Below, piece after piece: positions 59,064 through 64,000 of a stretch of DNA of 64,000 nucleotides. Position 1 is the stretch's first letter; each line of letters starts with the position of its first letter. A program made the position numbers and the translations under genes. The notes under the pieces were generated by a model, which had not been told where the DNA came from, made no database searches, and saw only the letters and a program-made list of their open reading frames with translations. Source of the stretch: Candidatus Sulfomarinibacteraceae bacterium (lineage in GTDB: Bacteria; Acidobacteriota; Thermoanaerobaculia; Thermoanaerobaculales; Sulfomarinibacteraceae); NCBI GenBank assembly GCA_963796455.1, contig CAWCLO010000006.1, positions 156,087 to 220,086 of the forward strand, written 5' to 3'.

Positions 59064-60652
59064 CTATCGAGCAAGAGGTGGCGTCGATCGAGGCGCTCGT
59101 CGATGGTGGGTCGCCTGCTCGTAAGCGTATGCCAGGGCGATGAGGCGGGCTTCCGACCAGGCATCGCCAAAGAACTGAAGACCAACCGGAAGCTCCCCAC
59201 TCACCCATCCCATGGGCACCGTGATCGCAGGGAAGCCTGTACCGGGAGAGAGATCCTGGCTGTTGTCACCATGGGGCGTATTGAGGTCACCTATCAGCCG
59301 CGGGGGATTGCTCCACGTGGGATAGACCATGGCATCGAGACGATGCACTTCGAACTGATGACGGACGGCAGCGCGCAGCAATTCCCGATTCGCCAGAGAT
59401 TGGATACAGCCGGGGTTGGTCTCCGGAGGCTCTGCGACCGCCTGGCCCCGCTCCATGCGTGGTCTGATTTGAGGATGGAATTTCCGCGAGGCGATAATTT
59501 CTTCCAGCGTTTGTATAGGGCGCCGCCGAACCGAGGCTGGCCAGATACTTATTGAGGTCCCATTTGAAACGTGAGCACCAGAGACCACTTTCTCTGAGGG
59601 CTTCCATTTCCGGAATCATCACCGGATCGACGATGATCGCGCCGGCGCTTCTCCAGATCAACGAGCGCCTCTTCGAAGCGTGCGATCACCTCGAGGTCGG
59701 CGCCGTCACGATTCGACCACTGCCGCATGACCCCGATACGTGCCCCCCGCAGGGCATCGGCATCGAGAAACTCCGCATAGTCTGCTGCACGGTGCGCGGT
59801 GGCCGCGGCCGTCACCGGGTCGGCGGGATCGTGACCGGCGATGACGTCGAAAACAGCCACCGCGTCGGCAACCGTCCGCGCCATCGGTCCACCGATGTCG
59901 TGGTCGAAGTACAGCGGCACGATACCGTCGCGGCTCGTGAGCCCCATGGTCGACCGGATCCCGACCAGGGCGGTATGTGAGGACGGACCGCGGATCGAAT
60001 TGCCGGTGTCGGTCCCGAGCCCGACCGCTCCCAGACTGGCGGCGACGGAGGCCGCCGTACCGCCGCTTGAACCGGCGGGTACGCGATTGAGCGCATAAGG
60101 ATTCCGGGTGTGTCCGGGCAGTACCGAACCAACAGTTTCATAGGGCGTGAATGCAAACTCCGCCATGTTGGATTTGGCGAGAACAATCGCACCAGCCTCA
60201 CGCAGCCGTCGCACTTGGAAAGCATCATCCGGTGGTCTGGAACCGGCCAGGGAAAGAGACGCCGCGGTGGTCGGTAGATCGCCAGTGTCGTAGTTGTCTT
60301 TGACGATCACGGGAATTCCATGCAACGGCCCGATCATCCCCTTGGTTGCGAACACCTGGTCGAGTTCCTCCGCCCGGGCAAGAGCGTTGGGATTGATCGT
60401 GATGATGGCGTTGATCGAGGGCCCCTGCTTGTCGTAGGCCTCAATTCGGTCGAGGTAGAGCTGCACCAGCTCCTCTGCAGTCAGTTTCCCCGCCGACATG
60501 GCGTCATGGATATCCGAGATGGATGCCTCGACCACCTCGAAGCTCGGTCTCGCTCGTTGGCCCCCATCCGTGTCCGAGGTCTGTGCCTTCGCTTGATTCA
60601 AACCGCCGATGAACACCACGACACCCAAAAATGCAACCAGTGTTGGACGCAT
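59064..60652 (-). pseudogene. Amidase-signature (AS) family amidase, secreted; two frame breaks
   Basis: ATG 60652 behind GGAGGGGA, with signal peptide. AS motif [32 protein letters not shown]. Frame changes near ~59655 and at the G3 run ~59518-59520. C-terminus in ORF 59064..59588 (GFPAITVPMGW..GLQFFG). Confidence 0.85.
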
Positions 60653-61125
60653 CAGCCGCTCCCCTCCAGTTTGGTGGAAGAAGGGTACCAGCATGCTTTC
60701 GTTCCACGATGAAACTAATTCGCAGGTTTTCGGCGTATGCATTTCTTCTTGCTCTCGCCGCGGGCGCCTCGACACCAAGCGATTTTGAGCAGGAACCCAC
60801 CCATCGGCCTGGAAACGTTTCCAGGCCGGTTTTCTGAAAATCGTTCCCATGGAGAGCGAGCTCTCGTCTCGATCAACCGAATTCTCTCTTCACAGCTCGA
60901 TTCCAGATCTGATATGATCCCGCCGTTACAAGAATAGACAGAAAAAGGGACGGCCGCCGTTGGTATGTTCTCAGCAAACGGGTATTTATCGGAGCCAATT
61001 CAAGGCTCGGCGAAAGCTGTGTTCACGAAGGGAGGTCCGGGCCGCTACCGGGCGGCGAAGGCAGCGCTTGAGTACGGAAAAAAGCTGTTGAGTTTCAATC
61101 ATTTATTACTTTGAAGGAGGGTGAG

Positions 61126-63435
61126 ATGAAGAAAGCAACCTTTGGCGTGATCATCGGACTGTTGATCGCCGGACTGTGGGCGCCGCCCGTGGTTGAGGCG
61201 GCCGACGAAGGAGGAATGAGAGACGTCATCATTCAAACCGACGGTTCATCCGAAAAGCTGTTGGAATATATCCGGTCGGTCGGCGGTGAGGTCACGATCC
61301 GCTACCGCAACGTGAACGCATTCGCGGCAAGGGTTCCGGTCGAGGCACTCGCCAAGGTCGCAACACTCGAGGGTGTCGACCGGGTCAGCAAAGACCGGAT
61401 GATGTATATGACCGACACCGTTGCGGGTGGCAAGAATTCTTCCAACCCCGAGTCCTACGTCGTCGAAGACTCGGTCGGCCTCGTCATAGGCCCGGGCGAT
61501 CTCGATTTCACCGAACCTTTTGTGGTTCCGGACGGCTATGCCAATTTCGTCCTCACCGGGGCGATGAAAATCTGGCCCGATACTTTCGCCGGTGAGGGTT
61601 CGATCGTGGCAGTGGTCGACTCCGGGGTCGCGCCCAATGCCTGCCTGCAACACGCCGTCGTCGGTGCACCCGGGTTTCCGGACGGCTACAACGCCACCGC
61701 TGATGGCGTGCCCGCAACCAGCCCAACCAATTTCTGGCACGGGACCCATGTTGCCGGCGTGATTTCATCGGCCTGCGCCCTGGACTATTCCGCAACCCCC
61801 GATGCCGAAATTTACAAGGCCCAGGAGCCCTTCCTCGGTTGGCCTGTGGATTTCGTTCCGATCTACGGCCAGGCGCCAGGCGCCCAGATCTATCCCGTCA
61901 AGGTTTTCCCGGAAAGTGGAGCCGGTTCTCCGACATCGGTCATCCTCGACGGTCTCGATCACATCCTCACTCTGAAGAAGTCCGGAGAGATGGACATCGA
62001 CATCATCAACATGAGCCTCGGTGGTCCGACCGGGTGGGACGCCCGTGATCCCTACGACAGATTCATGAGTAAACTCAGACGTGCCGGCATGATCGTGATC
62101 ACATCTTCGGGCAACTCCGGACCGGTTCCCAACACCGTCGGTTCGCCGGGTACCGCCTTGGCCACCCTCTCGGTGGCTGCACTGGACTACGCCGAGAGCT
62201 CACGGACATTTTATGAGTGGCTCGGGCTGGCACGCTGGCCCCTGGCCCCGGGGATGGGTCTGATCATGCGACCCACCGACGAAGTCAGGATTTCGAACTT
62301 CTCTTCCCGCGGGCCCCTGAGCGATGGCACTCTGGGAAGCGAAATCGCCGCGTTGGGAAGCTGGAATTTCCACGTCGGACCGCAAAACGAATTGCGGTGG
62401 GCAGGCGGCACATCTTTTGCCGCGCCGACGGTGGCGGGTGTCGCGGCACTTCTCAATGCTTGGTGGGAGGCTGAAGGCCACAAAACCGATCCCTGGACCA
62501 TCGAAGACACCCTGTTGTTTTCCGCCAATCCGGATCTCGTGGGAGACCCGTGGAAGGACGTCAATGCCCAGGGATTCGGCGTGCTCGATGCGGTAGCGGC
62601 CTTCGAAATGCTGATTTCGGGAGAATGCATCTGGAAAGACTACCCCTACCCGGGCCCCCTGCACTCGAACGTTTTGGGCTGGGCGAACAAGGGCCAGACC
62701 CAGGTCTGGGAGAGCGACACCATCACCATCGGTCCGAACGAGCCTTTTGACGCGGTTTTTGACATCGGTATATACACCAGCAATGTCTTGATCGAAGTTT
62801 TCGACGTCGTGACTCCAGACAATTCCTCCTATGCCTACTGGGGCAATGCGCTCGAGATCCACGTCCAGAGCGCCAAACGAACCACCTATGAGCACGCGAT
62901 CGACGGCATATTCTGGTACACCTCTATCTACGGAGATGCGTTCGACATCGTCATCGACGACGGGTCATGGACTTTCTGGGATATCCCGTGGGCCGAGCAG
63001 CCAATGGAGCCTGGGTTGATGAAACTCAGCATGATCGGCGACTCGTCGAACGAAGAGGCGGTCAGCTTCAAGGTGCGCATCACCAGGGAAAATGATCGTA
63101 TGCCCTGGAAACGCGATCGCATCACCAGGCAGAAAATCAATCAGGACGACTCGATCCTCATTCCGGTCGAGATTCCGGACGGCGTGGCCAAAGCGACCTT
63201 CGATCTCGAGTGGAACCGAAACTGGAGCAGGTTCCCGACCAACGATCTCGACATGTACGTCTTTGATCCGGATGGAGCGTTGGTTTCCTTTGATGCCGCA
63301 ACCGCCAATTCGCCCGAGCGCGAGGTCGTCGAAAACCCGATGGCCGGCATGTGGTACGTACAGGTCGACGGATACGAGGTCTTCAAAAAGGACAGATTCT
63401 CCGTGTATCTGACAACGGAGGAAATCGCCCCCTGA
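61126..63435 (+). CDS. Subtilisin-like serine protease (S8) with I9-type propeptide and C-terminal pre-peptidase-like domain
   Basis: ATG 61126 behind GAAGGAGGG, with signal peptide. Catalytic D (VAVVDSGV), H (HGTHVAGV), S (GGTSFAAPTVAG). Confidence 0.9.
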   Translation: MKKATFGVIIGLLIAGLWAPPVVEAADEGGMRDVIIQTDGSSEKLLEYIRSVGGEVTIRYRNVNAFAARVPVEALAKVATLEGVDRVSKDRMMYMTDTVAGGKNSSNPESYVVEDSVGLVIGPGDLDFTEPFVVPDGYANFVLTGAMKIWPDTFAGEGSIVAVVDSGVAPNACLQHAVVGAPGFPDGYNATADGVPATSPTNFWHGTHVAGVISSACALDYSATPDAEIYKAQEPFLGWPVDFVPIYGQAPGAQIYPVKVFPESGAGSPTSVILDGLDHILTLKKSGEMDIDIINMSLGGPTGWDARDPYDRFMSKLRRAGMIVITSSGNSGPVPNTVGSPGTALATLSVAALDYAESSRTFYEWLGLARWPLAPGMGLIMRPTDEVRISNFSSRGPLSDGTLGSEIAALGSWNFHVGPQNELRWAGGTSFAAPTVAGVAALLNAWWEAEGHKTDPWTIEDTLLFSANPDLVGDPWKDVNAQGFGVLDAVAAFEMLISGECIWKDYPYPGPLHSNVLGWANKGQTQVWESDTITIGPNEPFDAVFDIGIYTSNVLIEVFDVVTPDNSSYAYWGNALEIHVQSAKRTTYEHAIDGIFWYTSIYGDAFDIVIDDGSWTFWDIPWAEQPMEPGLMKLSMIGDSSNEEAVSFKVRITRENDRMPWKRDRITRQKINQDDSILIPVEIPDGVAKATFDLEWNRNWSRFPTNDLDMYVFDPDGALVSFDAATANSPEREVVENPMAGMWYVQVDGYEVFKKDRFSVYLTTEEIAP

Positions 63436-63457
63436 GCTGATTTGAGCAATAACCCAA

Positions 63458-63490
63458 GGGGAGAGCCTTTGGCTCTCCCCTTTTTTTTCT
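63458..63490 (+). terminator. Rho-independent terminator of the S8 protease gene
   Basis: GGGGAGAGCC-TTT-GGCTCTCCCC hairpin followed by T8. Confidence 0.9.
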
Positions 63491-63661
63491 TTCTTCGGGG
63501 ATCCCAATGAACGGCGAGAGTCGCCGTCGACCGATGCTCCTGAATCGGCTCTGGAAACCGACAGCATGTACTGACGTAACTCATGTGGTAGATACCTGGA
63601 AACAGACTTGTCTCAATCAGAGAAGGACTCTGTTCGACGGGAAACAGGACCTGGAGGCCGT

Positions 63662-64000
63662 ATGAAGCCGCATACCGTGTCATTTGTCTTGACTCTTTTG
63701 CTCGCAACTGGTCCCGCCCTCTCTCAGGAACAGATGGAGCCGCCCTACCGTCTCACCCATCCAGCCGATCGCATCAGCTGCTTGAGCCCCGGTCTCGAGA
63801 CCTCGCCGATCACGATCTGCGTCATCGAGACCAATAAGGGCCTGATCGTGGTCGACACGGGTCTCTCGCCCTCCATGGCCGTGCGCACCCGCGCCCGCAT
63901 CAGCAGCGAGATCGGCCGCGACGACATCCACTGGGTGATCAACACCCACAGCCACTTCGATCACACCGGCGGCAACCAGGTCTTTTCAGACGCCACAATC
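63662..64000 (+). CDS. MBL-fold metallo-hydrolase, 3'-partial (runs off the window)
   Basis: Not in the ORF track because no stop is reached. ATG 63662 with an open frame to 64000. Signal peptide MKPHTVSFVLTLLLATGPALSQ and HxHxDH motif HSHFDH. Confidence 0.75.
   Translation, partial: MKPHTVSFVLTLLLATGPALSQEQMEPPYRLTHPADRISCLSPGLETSPITICVIETNKGLIVVDTGLSPSMAVRTRARISSEIGRDDIHWVINTHSHFDHTGGNQVFSDATI

Noticed and set aside
61111-61125. TTG start at 61111 given by the ORF track for the S8 protease
   Set aside because: The ATG at 61126 lies 4 nt after GAAGGAGGG and begins a typical signal peptide (MKKATFGVIIGLLIAGLW). The TTG codon overlaps the RBS itself.
60653-61125. 473-bp non-coding gap upstream of the S8 protease, examined for a riboswitch, sRNA or hidden gene
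   Set aside because: I saw only short weak hairpins and small ORFs with no RBS (60737..60937, 60631..60837). I recognised no conserved riboswitch core, and nothing here can be supported from sequence alone.

Overview
High-GC (roughly 60-65% by eye) bacterial chromosomal window with about 45 protein-coding genes on both strands. I recognised no rRNA, tRNA, CRISPR array, transposase or integrase. All domain calls come from motif recognition by eye, not from database searches. Gene content: (1) a 5'-truncated giant modular surface protein (MAM-like/FN3/Big/Calx-beta) carrying a perfect 483-bp internal repeat; (2) ordinary enzymes: BBE-like FAD oxidase, TlpA-like thioredoxin, a long acyl-CoA dehydrogenase whose stop overlaps the start of a hexahaem cytochrome c, GST, M19 dipeptidase, amidohydrolase, prolyl oligopeptidase, amidase, two beta-lactamase-fold hydrolases, an S8 protease and an ExeM/NucH-type extracellular nuclease; (3) an RND efflux pair and a PadR operon; (4) two TPR-containing Ser/Thr kinases, one intact, the other heavily frame-broken next to a frame-broken ECF sigma factor and TonB-dependent receptor; (5) a 34-42 kb block of secreted or membrane proteins with eukaryote-like or unassignable domains (Cys-rich repeats, tectonin propeller, ankyrin, zinc ribbons, a 1004-aa orphan). 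The most notable non-genic signal is three copies of an intergenic element built from degenerate CAGNNNN heptamers, each starting shortly after a stop codon. I could not assign it to a known family. About 25 apparent frameshifts occur, strongly clustered at 20.3-26.7 kb. Several map to short homopolymers, so sequence error cannot be separated from real decay or phase variation using the sequence alone.
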